64,000 nt of DNA from Camelus dromedarius. Lineage: Eukaryota. Positions 1-12,525 of the stretch are shown here, one piece after another. The position numbers were made by a program, and so were the translations under genes. The stretch lies in NCBI RefSeq assembly GCF_036321535.1, contig NC_087437.1:116314001-116378000 (forward strand), in the 5' to 3' direction. Position 1 is the stretch's first letter; each line of letters starts with the position of its first letter. The notes beneath the pieces were generated by a model. The model was given only the letters and a program-made list of their open reading frames with translations, ran no database searches and had not been told where the DNA came from.

Positions 1-784
1 AGGAGCAAAGTGGAAAAAAAAAAAAGAAAAAAGACTCTTGCCCCCTCTGACCCCAAAAGGAAAGCAAATTACCTCAAGCTTTAAAGCCTGAGTAATCTAA
101 TTGGACAATAAAAGGAGTCGAGATATTTACACAAAAATTAAACCACTGTGCAAAAGGATACTCTCCCTGGGACTGACCTCATTAAAAATCAAGAGAATGA
201 AGAGATCTGGGTGTTGAGAGACCCACCTTTTCCTCCTGGCCCTACTGTGAGGTGGTACCATCGCCTTGAGATGATACCCACCTCTGTATGTCGTCTCAGA
301 TCCAGGAAGGTGTGGCTCTCTGCTGTGCCTGCCTTGATAGGGGAGCTCACACACGTGGGAAAGCCGTCCAAGAATGACAAAGTGCAGAACAGAAGCTTGG
401 TCCCTGGGATGCAGAGCCTTTGACCACTGGGCCTTTTGCAAGGATACGCATTATACAATCATTCAGTTTTGTAGAAATTAAACTTAAAGGAATAGAAACT
501 CTAGGCTGGAAAAGGAACAACTCTAGTGGAAAAGGTCAAGTAAGCTCCTCTCACCTTTACTGCTTATTTGTAAGTACTCAGGCCCCACCGTCACGCTAGT
601 ATCACAGAGGAAGACCCCCACACACAGACACACAGCCACCCCTGGTCATTCGGCTACAAACCATGAGCGACTCATTTGGGAGAAGTCTTTCCAGACTGAT
701 CGGTGATTGCATACGCAGGGAAGGCGGAGGAGCAAAGGAGAAACCATCAGTTAGGCAGAGAAAGCGGGAAGCCTGGACCAGCTT

Positions 785-1154
785 CGTAGACACAGGGATG
801 CTGCCCAGACTCCGCCCACAATGACGGACACCTGGCCTCAGCTGCCGGGAGGGCTGTGGGCCCCCCCTCCGATGGCCTCAGTTGCAAAGAGATGCCTGAC
901 CAGTGTGGTCCAAGGCAAATGGCAGATCGAAGAGGGCATATAAGGGCCTAGCATTTGGTCATTTTAACCCCCAAGGTCCCCACGGGGTCAGCTGAAGCTG
1001 TCTCCCCTGCACCACTGCTCAACTGCTCCCTGTCACACTCAGGCTGTCCTCCTCCTCCTGTTCACTGATGTCAGTCTTGAGGGCACTCCTTAATAAATAC
1101 CCTGTCCTTTAAACTCCATTTCACAGCTGCTCCCAGGGAACCCAATTTGTGACA
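785..1154 (+). mobile_element. ERVL LTR16-like remnant
   Basis: Ends cactccttaataaa...cccagggaacccaatttgtgaca, typical of an LTR16 3' end. Confidence 0.6.
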
Positions 1155-4100
1155 ACTAGGAAATAGAACAGATGAAATTCCCCAAGACAGAGAGGAGAAT
1201 GAAAGGACAAAAGGCAGAGCTGCCTTCTTTGGTGCCGTCATCACCTTTCCTTGTCTGGGTTTCTGCTGCAGCCAGACACCAGAGCACAGCAGAAAGGATA
1301 CAGGAGTTAGGTTCCTAGGGCCTCATTCTCATCTGAGCTCTGTCAGTCACTGGCTGTATGATCTTGGATAAATCATCCTCGCAGGGATTTGGTTTGCTCG
1401 TTGCCAAATGGGGAGACTAACGATCCGACGAGAGAGTTACTTCATCGTGAGGGTCTATTAAGATAATGGGTGCACATGTGCATGGGAGACCATAAAACTC
1501 CATCTGCTCATGACCGTTTCTCTCCCCTTCAACTGAAGATTGGAAAGGCCGTGGCAGCTTGAAAATAACAGCCTGAAAGGGTGAGTTTCTACCCTGCCCT
1601 TCAAGTCAGGCTGGTGGAGCAAAGAGGTGCAGGGAAGACGGGAGTGCACTGTCTCACTAAACCCGGCAGGTAATGCCGGGCACCTGTCACCCTCCAGGCA
1701 CCATGCCCGCTCCTGTGCTCACGGTGCTGATGCGCGGGTCGTGAGCGTTCACGTAAAAACCCCCCAAACAAATAAAGCCTCCGCCAGGCTTGCTTTACGA
1801 GCCAAGTAAAAGCAATCCGAGAAGACCGCCCCTGAGGAAGTGATGCTTGAACTGAGAAATAAGATGGGTAGGACTTACGTCAACTAAAAAGGAAAGGAAG
1901 ATGTTTCCTAAAGCTGAGAAAATGCAAGTACAGAGAAGGTCTCGTGGTAAGGAGGTCAGCGGGCTCGAGACCTGGAAGCACGAGGGTGAAGCCCAGAGAA
2001 TCTGGGGAGTGAGGTGGGGGCTAGGGCTGCAGAGGAGGGTGAGGGCCACAGCGAGCAGTTCCTCAGACCAATTAAAGGCCCCTGTCTTCATCCTAAGTGC
2101 AACGGGGAGCCGTGGATGGGCTTTAAGAAGAGCGCTCAGATGTTTATTCTGGCTGCAGAGGGAAGGACAGGTGGGAGGGAGGACAGAGTGGGCAGTATTA
2201 CTGACGATCAGTGAGCTTGCATTGATTGATTTATTATGTGCCTTATAAACACTTAAAAGTTTACATGAGGTAGGGACACTAATGAAACAGGTACTAGTAT
2301 GATCCTCATTTTAACCATAAGAAATTAAAATACAGAAGGAATAAATAACCAGGATTTCAGCCATGCTGTCTAGCTGCAAACCACACGCTTACCAATTACA
2401 CAATACTATACTATGGGTAGACCAGATGGACAGCTATTTCAGTAACCTAAGTTGGGTGGCAGCAATGAAGCCAGGGAGATGTGGATGCATTTTGAGGAGA
2501 TGTAGGTGATTGAAAGAAAAGACAAGACAGAATTCAGTAATAGATCATTTGTAGGGACGTGGGGGAGGTGGTCTCGGGGAAAGTGTGACCCCTGACGAGT
2601 CTTCTCTTGAGGCAGAAGTGGTGTCTTGCATCCCCTTAGGAATGTCCTACACCAAAGCCTCCCCAAAATGCACCCAGTGTCAAGGTGGTGGATCCCATGT
2701 GCTACAGCCCCTCCCGGGGTGATTATAAAGCAGGCAACTGAGTCACACACTTTATAGCCTCCAGGACATGGGTGACCTCTCACCTCAAGGGTAGGACAGG
2801 AAATAGGGCAGCTGGGTCCCTTAGACCCTGATTTCATTGACTGATGGTTGGGAGGAAAGAGGGTTCCTAGATACCCCAGATCCTGGAGGGGAAATGTCTC
2901 TGCTTATGAAAATTTGTGGGGCATAATCATGCCTGATTTGGGGACAGGATTTCATGGGGGAGGGGGACTTTTACAGACAGGTCTCGCCTCCTTTCCTGCA
3001 CCAGCGGCCACAGGGAAGAGTGCAGTATCTTTGCTAAGATGCCTCGAGATGCCATCACCATTTGCATCAGGAATAAGTAGCTAAATTCCCCAGTAATTGT
3101 CATCATCTGCACTAGGAGAGAGGAAACTCATGTGAGCAGAGGTTTTTAACAAACAATAGTTTACTTAGGGAAAAAGAGAATCACAAACAAACAAAATCTA
3201 AACTTATGCTTCTGTGTGCAGTAGGAAGAGGAAGAAGGGGAAAAAAGGAAAACACATGCACCTGACCTCCAGCTACCCTTTTTCAGGATGGGAGGATCAC
3301 GTCTGGAATCTCACACACTGGGGCTTCATAAGGCACCCCCGTTTCCCGGAATCTGCTGAAAGAGAACAGCAAACCAGCCAAGATATTTGACTGAGGTTTG
3401 TTAAGAAAACACATTCTCGGTTTGGGTTGTTTTCCGAGAGGAGGGTCGGAGAGATGCGGTTTAAGTAAAAAAATTGCCCGTGGACGGTTATGGAAATAAT
3501 GACTCTCCACACTGTCCCGCGCGAAGTTCCAGGAAGCAACATGGAACAGTGTTTGCAAGTTACTTGGGGACGCGGGCAGGAGGGACAACCAACTGAGAAG
3601 GCTGGACACGGGAAAACATCTTCTGTGTCGGTTATCAGGGTAGTTCCACAGCCCGAGTGCGAGAGCACTTACTTAAGCAAAAGGTGGGAGGGTTCTGATT
3701 CCTGGAGCCTGAGAGACTTTGAAATGAAATAAGAGAATCTATGTCATCTGATTTGTTGCCCACCCTCCCCAGAGAAGACATCGCTCAGGTCTCTGACGTC
3801 AACCCATATCGAACCTCAAAGGACCAATTTTCATGCTCTTTTAATAAGGTCAGTCTATTATAAATCAACCAAGTCTAAACTGTTTGACTTGACCTTGAAG
3901 GTGGTTTTGGGCAGTTTACAGCTCATGGTATAAGTGCTTGAGCAGTTTCCAAAGCTCTGAATCAACTCGATAAATAACGCTAACAATTCTAAAGAGCAGA
4001 TAGTTTGGCCGCCGCGATTAGTTCTTTCTCCCTGCGGTGCCTTTGTGGTTACCCTCTGTGCTGTCGTGTGTCTGCTGCCCTCTGTCTATCTGGGGAAAGA

Positions 4101-4589
4101 TAAACTGAGGGTGTGCTACATTTGATTTTATATTTTGCAGTAAGGACTCAAAAATTCCTCCTAGCTACCTTCAGTAATTGGTGGAGAAGCCTAATTTCTA
4201 GAGATCACGAAGTTCACATGGTTATATCGCATCATTACGCATAGTCATTTGTTCAATCATTCATTCATTCCCTCAGCCTATCGACACGTGCTCTGCACCT
4301 GCAGGAGCCTGTGCTGGACCAGACTCTGGCCCCGGGGAGATGAGTGAGACCCCAGCAGAGAGCCTCCCAGCACCACGCACAGCACTGCAGGGAGTCAGGG
4401 GAGGGAGTGGTTACTTCTCAGGGACGTCCCCAGAGAGGGAGACTATTGCTGTTGGCCTGGAAGGATGGAGGGACTTTGGCAGGGAGAAACAAAGGGCTAA
4501 GGGGCTGTAGGCAGAGGAGTCTCCAAGTATGAGCAAACCGAGGAAGCAAACAATGAGAAGAATTGAGTGATTAAAACAGCAGTTGCCCG

Positions 4590-5031
4590 TGTCGACTGAA
4601 AAAAAGTATGACCTAAAAGTTGAGAATTATGTTTTATCCACAGACTTTCTGAGGACTTTAAGGCCAGGACAGCCTCTTAGATAGCCCTGAGGGACTGGTC
4701 CCAGGAGGTAAGGGAGGAGCCAGGATATATAGGAATTTTTGCAACAAAACCTTGGTAGTCAGAACATCAAAGGATTACCATTTGGTAAAGAAAGCCGGAC
4801 ATCTCAGGTTAATGAGTTTAGCGCTATTCTATGTAAGGGAAAATGCAAGAGTCTGGGCTCATTGAAATCACTCCTTTGATCTGCACCTTAGCTCTCTAGG
4901 GCCAGGGTCCCACTTTTCTCCATCCTGAGTCCCCTCAGGGTGCACCGATGCGGGTGGCTGCAGTGGCTGATGGCTTGATGGCCGCAACATCCTTTGTTTA
5001 CTGACAGGGCAGGTGGCATTCTAAGTCCACA
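4590..5031 (-). mobile_element. Solo ERV1-class LTR (MER41-like, cetartiodactyl)
   Basis: About 440 bp with TGT...ACA termini; sequence recognised as a common cetartiodactyl LTR; subfamily from memory. Confidence 0.7.
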
Positions 5032-5926
5032 TCTGGAAGATGCGGAATGGAATGGCGGGTGATTATGGTGACAAATGAGTGGATGGCAAAACACAGAGGC
5101 TTCTCAGAGAATAGGAGTTTGGGCTTTTTTTTTTTTTTTTTTTTTTTGGTAGCAGCTGGGAAGCACAGAAAATGTGTGAGTATGAGCAGAAAAGAATAAG
5201 GGATTTAGGGAGAAATTGCAGTCAGCTGTCAGTATGAGGAATGGATCAAAGAGGTGGATTAGAAAGGCAGGGTTCAGAAACAGGAGAAACAGGCCACAGA
5301 GAGAAGCAGGGAGAAGGTAAAGTAGGGCACCGAGAGGGGAGGGAAAGACGAGGTGGTCCTGGGGGAGGCTCTACACCAGGAACCCAAACCTCTGGGCTCA
5401 GTCCTCAGCAGCTGCACCCCAAGACTGAATGTCTCTGGCCTCCAGTTCCTCCAAAGGGAAGGGAAGAGGTGGAATGAACCCCAACATCCTGTACAGCAGC
5501 CCCTCCTGTGAGCCTGCGGGGACACTGTAAGGAGGAGAGCTTCGTGGTCTGGAAAAGAGAAGCTTTTAGAGCTGGAGGTGACCTTGGTGATGGTGGCTCT
5601 CAAACCTTCCTGTCGGTCAGAATCATCTGGGCGATTTGTCAAGATGGGGACTCACCCCGGGAAGTTCAGATGTGGTCTGAGCTGTCAGTTCACTGCACAA
5701 CCCTTTGTGAGGCCCTACTCTCACGTCTGGAGTGTTCCAGAGCCTCCCAGCTTGGAGGGATCAGAAGCCCAGTGGGGCTGAGTTGGCATTGGGCCAGAAG
5801 GGGGGACCTCTCATCCCCACCATCAACTAGCGAGGGGCCCCAACAAGATGCTGCCATTTCTACAGCTCTCTCTTTAGTCCACCTCCTCAGGACGCGATGA
5901 GAGCCTGTTGACCTCAAAGGATCCCC

Positions 5927-5980
5927 GAACTATATTCAATATCTTGTAATAACCTTTAATGAAAATGAGTATGAAAACAA

Positions 5981-6022
<42 letters not shown>

Positions 6023-6093
6023 ACGACTGGGACGTTGTGCTTTATACCAGAAACTGACACATTGTAACTGACTGTACTTCAACAAAAAAGAAA
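5927..6093 (+). mobile_element. Short L1 3'-end fragment with an embedded (CA)n
   Basis: gaactatattcaatatcttgtaataacc...ccagaaactgacacattgtaactgactgtacttca followed by an A-tail; (CA)n at about 5984-6020. Confidence 0.8.
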
Positions 6094-6607
6094 AGGTCCC
6101 CAAGAGCCAAGATGGGAAGCTGCAGATTTTAGCACAGCTGGTCTGAGGGGGCCCAGGGGCTGGTGGTCCCTGTGACACCAGCTGCTTTGCAGTGGCCGGG
6201 CCTCAACACCATCAGTCAGCTGCCCCCATTGGGTCCTCATCAGAGCACGGAGGCTCGGCCAGCGCAGGGAGCTTCATCCTTTGACACCTCCTCATGCCTT
6301 GCTGTCCGAAGCATCACCCAGCAGCAGCATCTGAGAGCATGCTGGAGATGCAGAATCTCCGGCTCACCCCAGACCCACGACTCAGCATCTGTACTTTCAC
6401 AAGATCCTGAAGTGATTTATTTGTGTGCACGTTGAAATTTGAGAAGCTCTGGTGTCTGCCTCCTCTGCTGGCTGTACACAGTCCTCCCCCATCCTACACC
6501 CAAGATAAAGAAAGAAGGAAAAGGGAGGGAAGGGAGAGAAAAAAAAGGAAGGAAGGGAGGGAGAAAAGGAGGGAGAGAGAGAGAAAAAGAATCACTAGAC
6601 CTTGCCT

Positions 6608-7458
6608 TTGTTTTTTTGGTAATTGAAATATAGTTGATTTACAATGTTGTGTTAATTTTGGGTGTACAGCAAAATGATTCAATTATATATATATATTCTT
6701 TCTAAGATTCTTTTCCATTATAGATTATTACAAGATGTTTAATATAGTTAGTTCCCTGTGCTATACAGTAGGTCCTCTGAAAACTATGACACTGATGAAA
6801 GAAATTGAAGACAACACAAATAGATGGAAAGACATACTGTGTTCTTGGATTGGAAGAATCAATACTGTTAAAATTGCCATACTGCCTAAGGCAATCTACA
6901 GATTCAACACAATCCTTATCAAATTACCAATGTCATTTTTCATAGAACTGGAAAAAAATGTTAAAATTTGTATGGAAACACAGCAGACCCAGAATAGCCA
7001 AAACAATCTTGAGAAAGAACAGAGCAGGGGGAATCACACTCCCTGACTTCAGACTGTACTACAAAGCTATAATAATCAAAATGGTGTGGTAATGGCACAA
7101 AAACAGACACATAGATCAATGCAACAGGGTAGAAAGCCCAGAATAAACTCAAGCATTTATGGTAATTAGCTGATGACAAAGGAGGCAAGAACGTACAATG
7201 GAGAAAAGACAGTCTCTTCAATAAGCAGTGCTGGGAAAGCTGGACAGCTACCTGTAAAAGAATGAAATCAGAGCATTCTCCAACACCATATACAAAAATA
7301 AACTCAAAATGGATTAAAGACCTAAATGTAAGACCAGGTACTATAAAGCTCCCAGGGGAAAACATAAGCAGAACGCACTTTGACATAAATCGCAGCAATA
7401 TTTTTTCAGTCCATCTCCTAGAGTAATGGAAATAAAAGCAAAAATAAGCAAATGGACC
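6608..7458. mobile_element. LINE-1 with internal inversion: minus-strand 3' tail (about 6608-6775) joined to a plus-strand ORF2 piece (about 6778-7458)
   Basis: ORF 6735..7046 contains [34 protein letters not shown] (ORF2, plus strand); the left part is an antisense L1 3' end with a T-run. Confidence 0.9.
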
Positions 7459-8393
7459 TGGCCTCAACTTCAGTTCAGCCACAGGACACATCTTTCCTGG
7501 CTTTTTTTTTTTTTTTTTCTTTTTTTGCCTGTAAGTTTTGATGATGTCAATAGGACCAGAGGGTGGGGAATTTAAGAACCCTGAAATCAAAGACCTCTTC
7601 TGTTTGCCTTCCACGTCCTAAAAAGGGAGGCCTTAGCCCCCGGTCCTGTAAGAGGCACTAAGCTCTATGGATTATAGGTGATTCGTCACACTGCAGTTTG
7701 GACCAGGAAGTACATTAAACCCCTGCACGCAGCTAACTGAAACCCTCAATTAATCACATTGGCTTCCACCTTTGAGAGAAAAGCAAATACTAAGAAAACA
7801 AACTGGATTTACCTTCTTTTCTTCTCGTAATACTCAGAGCCCCTGGTGGCTCTGGGTGCAGGCGGGCACCTCCGCCATCCTCCAAGGCAGGGCGGTGGGG
7901 CTGAAGGGGAGCTGGCAAGGACCCCAGGGTTTCCATCCCAGCGCAGCCGTGCATGGGCTGTGCACGCTTGGAGAGCAAACCTACCTCTCTGAGTCTTGAT
8001 TTTTTGATTATGCACTGGGGATTAAGAAAAAGAATAACTCATTCAGCAGAGTCATTGTCGAGAGGATTAGGAGTTTGTGGAACTGCTCACCTGGTAGCTA
8101 TTCAATAGGGAGGGATAAGTTCTCTGTCCTAATTCCTGCACAGAGTCGTCCTTATCCAAGACGAGGGGGGCCCCAAGGCCAGGCTCAAGGCCCCAGACCT
8201 GCCCTCGGCTCAGGAAGCGTTGATTATGGTCGGCCGACAACGGCCTCTTAGAGCTGGGTGTTTCCCGCTGTGGGGAATCCCAGTAAGGGCTTTCTATGTT
8301 TTGAAGCAACAATGCACACAAAATAGGAGCCTAAAGATTTCAGGGGCAGCTTTGCAGTGAGATGGGCAGCCGTTAGCCTTTTAGGGAGCACCA

Positions 8394-8407
8394 GCGCCAC
8401 CTGTTGG
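8394..8407 (-). promoter_or_regulatory. CTCF-like motif CCAACAGGTGGCGC
   Basis: One mismatch to the consensus. Confidence 0.5.
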
Positions 8408-10398
8408 CTGAGAGCGGCATTGACTCGAGTCCCTGGGGGGTTTGGCCGGTCCTCTCATTCCAACAACTGCAGTTTCCAATTAGAACCCCAGGGCTTCTTC
8501 CCAGAGAAACATTCTTAATTATTTATTTGTAAGAATTTTGCATATCTCTGGTCTCCTCTCTTCCATCCACATCATTCTTTATCTCCTGTCTCACTGGGTC
8601 TTTGACCGGAATATCCAAGCTTCAGTCCTAGTCCCTAAATTTATAAATCAGTCCAAACCGTCAAAGAGCTAATTCTCTAAGAGGATTATGTTTATCCTTC
8701 TAACACAAAGGGCCTTCCTTCTGACATGTCAGCAGAGGCAGTGGGGCATAGCTGCTAAAATCCTGGACTGTGCTGCTGGGCTGCCTGCGTTAGGGTCCCG
8801 CCTCCAATCAGCCTCTGTCCTGTGACCTTGGGCGACTTACTTAACATCTCTGTGCCTCGGCCCCTCATCCAGAAAACCAGGGTGATTGCAGAAACCACCA
8901 AGAATGCTTGTTGTAGCATTAGATGAATTACTCCCTAAAGCACGTGGGACAGGTCCGTGATGGATGAGGGGGCGAGGTGTTTGCCATCGCTGGTTTTGGG
9001 GGCTACTCTCTTGTCTCTCAGCACTTGCCACCCTGGGATACAATTTTACCCATCAGGTCAGTGTTTCTTCAGTGCGTGCAGTACCAGCAGATTAGGCCTG
9101 GGCCACACACCAAACACCAGACATCGTTAACAGGCGACACCGCATGCAGGTGGTCTGCGGGCTGCACTCACCTGTGAGCCCTTCCCCTCCCCCAGCGCCA
9201 TCACCTGCCCTACAGGCACACCTTTGCAGAGTGAGCACCTGGCCCCTCAGAAACACGGCACACGTTCGTTTCCTTCTCCACCTCCTTTGCCGACTGATTC
9301 TTGAATGAACAAATGACAGATTGACTGGCTATTAAAGCAAAATAACAAGGCATCTCAGGGCAGCTTACAGCCTGAGTCTTCCCGTAGTTTCTCCATCAAG
9401 AATACACATGCACACATTTTCCCTGTTAGATTTGAGCCGTTTTTATGAACTCTGTCTGAAAAGGAGATGAAATAATTAAATGAGTCTCTCACGACACAAA
9501 TAGAGGCAAAAAGGTTGTCAGTGCGAGTGGTGGGGATTCTGGCTCTGAATTTAATCGTGTTTTACTACAAAGGAATGCTGTCTCCCTGTGGCATCAACCA
9601 CCAAAAAGTCAAATTGATCAAGGATGTTCGGATTGAGAGGAAGAGAAAGCAAAACCACCCTGCCCAGCCGCGCATCCTGAGTTACAAACATGCTGCCTTT
9701 TGTGAAATACTCACAGGTCGCAACAACAGGAGGGTCACAGGTGTGTCGTCCGTGTTCTCTCTGTTTTTATTCAGTATCATGTCTGCAGCCCTCAGCCAGC
9801 ACCCCTGGTGGATGCAGGCTGTTCCCTTGGCACCTGACACCCCCCCCCCGAGACGCAGTAGGACACACAGCCCACGTGCTTGAAGGGTTTCAGATGCTCC
9901 CAGGAGGACCACACCTGGGTCCTGGAAGTGGCCAGTTGCACGATCTGCAGGGGGCTTGGGCTTTCGCTGACTGGGATGTTCCCATACCCCAAGGGCCATC
10001 AGATCTGTTGATCCAAATCTGCCAGTGCTGCCTCTTCTCTGGGGGACCTAATCCAACCTTCTCCCCATCAATAGAAACTGAAAGGACATTTCAAGAGGTC
10101 TGAGGTTGCAGCCCACAAAACCTAGACACACACACACACACACACACACAGCCAAAAAGAGAAGTGTGTGCCTAGATTCAATCTCAAAATCTCTTTCCAA
10201 GCACCCCCCAGGCTCCCCTGGGGATCCAGCCCGCAGCAGGCTGGACGTGACCTCACAACTGACCTGCAACTTATTCTAGAGACGTGAGAGATGCCTCATT
10301 TACATAAAAACTAAAATGATCGAAGTTAAGAAGGCAAATGATGAGGTGGGAACTGGGACTTGCGTCCCCGGCCGCGGTGGCCGTGACACGCAGCTCCA

Positions 10399-10412
10399 GC
10401 GCCACCTAGTGG
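10399..10412 (-). promoter_or_regulatory. CTCF core motif CCACTAGGTGGCGC in a CpG-rich patch
   Basis: Full match to the consensus CCASYAGRKGGCRS; binding not demonstrated. Confidence 0.65.
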
Positions 10413-10669
10413 ACGGCTGGGACGAGTCCCCGCGCTTCCACGTCGCCCACGGAGACACCTCGCCACCTCCGGCCCGGCCCAGAGGTCTTCCCTGCCCGCG
10501 GCTTTCTAGGCTCCGTGACCACACCGTGTGTTCTAGAAACACTTCTAACACTGGGGCTTCTTCATGGGGCCTTCTGCAGTAAAGAGGGGAGCAACTCCAA
10601 ACTTCTCCCCATCGCTATGAACTGAAAAGATGTTTCAGAGGAACTAGGGCTCTGAGATTGTAGCTCGCA

Positions 10670-10775
10670 AAACACACACACACAGGGACACACCTACAGA
10701 TACACACAGGGACACACACAGACACACAGAGACACACACAGACCCACACACAGTCAAACACATACAGGGACCCAC
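10670..10775 (+). repeat. Degenerate CA-rich simple repeat (a pure (CA)n also lies at about 10127-10150)
   Basis: Repeated acacacacag(gg) units. Confidence 0.8.
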
Positions 10776-11479
10776 AGGGACGTCCTAAAGAACCGTGTCC
10801 ACAGCTTCAATGCAGGGTCACTGTCCAGGCCCTGCCAGGCTCCCGGTGCGGGGGGGCAGCCATCTGGCAGCATGCTGGCCTCCCCAAATCTTGCTGCATT
10901 CCAGAGCAGGGAAGAAACAGGAAACCTCATGATCCCTGATGAGCAGAGCTGCCTTATCAAGGTCCTGCCCCTGGTTTAAAGAAAAGAGTCCCCTTTTCTG
11001 CCCAACCCCAGAGAAGGGTACAGGTCTGGGCAGTCCCAGGAGAGGGACAGTGGGACAAGCTGGAAGCCTCCGGCAGGGACAGAGGTAAGTGACAGTTTAC
11101 ATTCTCATACACTGCTTGGCCGGCCCTCAGGGTGACAGAAGTCCCAGGTCAGGTCCCACACCCCCACTGCCTGCCTTCTGTCAGGGGCTGCTGGCCCACC
11201 AGGTGGTGACGACCTTCCTGGAGGGGCTGGCAAAATGGAGGCTGATGACACGACTTAGAGCCTCTTCCCCAGAGGAAAAAAGAAAGCAAGTGATGATCCA
11301 CCCTTCAGGGGACACATAGTTTACCCTGTGGGAGCTGATGTAAAGTAAGTTACAAGTGGTCAGGGAGACAGGATTTAGAAGAGACGAAGGGAAAGGAGCA
11401 AACAACAAACAGAAAGTGCCAAATATCTGTGAGTCCTGACAGCTGCGGGGGAGAAACTTGGCTCCCCTTTGACAGGAGA

Positions 11480-11640
11480 CCTCAGCTCTCAGGCCTGGGT
11501 GTGAATCTTGGACTTTGGAGCTGTGTGACCTTGGGCAGGTCACTTAACCTCTCTGAGCCCCAGCTTCCCCATCCACAGAAGGAGGATTCTGAGAGCGTTG
11601 CCTCATGATGGAGACCCGGTGAATTAGCAATGCGGGTTTA
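11480..11640 (+). mobile_element. MIR SINE (representative copy)
   Basis: Core ctgtgtgaccttgggcaggtcacttaacctctctgagccccagcttccccatc; other MIR-like copies near 1300-1440, 8730-8960, 17230-17340, 28490-28630, 30120-30340, 40040-40560, 41880-42050 and 61020-61210. Confidence 0.8.
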
Positions 11641-12372
11641 CCTGAATAAAAGTGTTTTCTCCTTTTAGGGCCATCCTACGTAGTAATACATCCAAAAGAC
11701 TTGGAGCTGAATCCACGCTCTTTGACAAGTAATGTGGGTTTTTACTGACTGTCGCTGGAAGGGAGGAGGGGAGGCAGAGCCACCTAATACACAACACAGC
11801 TCAATTTACAAACACAAATGATACAACCAAGCTTTACCCACTTATCCTGCTGAAGTCCCTGGTCCCGGGCAGCAGGCAGTGGTCGCAGATCTCTTTTCTC
11901 TCTCTAGTGTCCCCTCTCTCCCCCTAAAACTCCTCCAAAAATATTGTCTTCTCCAAGCACACCCAACCCCCACCTCACACGCATGGTCCCCAGCCCTAGC
12001 TGCCCAGCAGATGCACCTAAAAAGCTCTTTCAAAGGGCCAACCCCTGGGCTCAACCACGGATGAGTGAAATCTGAATTTCTGAAAGTTGGGTCTGGGCAT
12101 CAGTAATTTTTAGATGCGCCGAGTTGGTTTTATTTGCATGTAGGGTAGAAATCGCTGTTCTGAATATTTGCAAACAGTTCCTTTAAAATATGAATCAGCT
12201 TACTGCCTCTGGCTTCTGCCAATGCTCCCTTATCCATGACTGTTCACTTCAGTGTGGTTTGCACAACCAGTTGAGAGTGGATGGGGGTAAAGTCCATGCC
12301 TGCCCTTTATATCCTCACTGTGGGGACCAATTCTGGTCCTCTACCTCTGTGGAAGACCGCTGACTGTCTCTA

Positions 12373-12525
12373 TACTGGGAAGCGTAGCTTTGCTATAATT
12401 TTCTGCATACTCCCTGGGTATATCTGAGGACTTGAATTAAAATGAGTTTAAGTAATTTTCCCAAGACAGTTATACCAAACATCCTTCCTGAAACAAGGGT
12501 GTCAATTTCTAGATCAGTTACTTTT
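12373..12525 (+). repeat. 153-bp direct repeat, copy 1
   Basis: Aligns without gaps to 21808-21960 with 10 mismatches by manual count. Confidence 0.95.

Noticed and set aside
6961..7614. 217-aa minus-strand ORF
   Set aside because: Antisense reading of L1 ORF2 plus a poly-T run.
12373..12525. Classical L1 3' transduction as the origin of the 153-bp repeat
   Set aside because: No second poly-A tail at the distal end of either copy, and the adjoining L1 tails differ in sequence.
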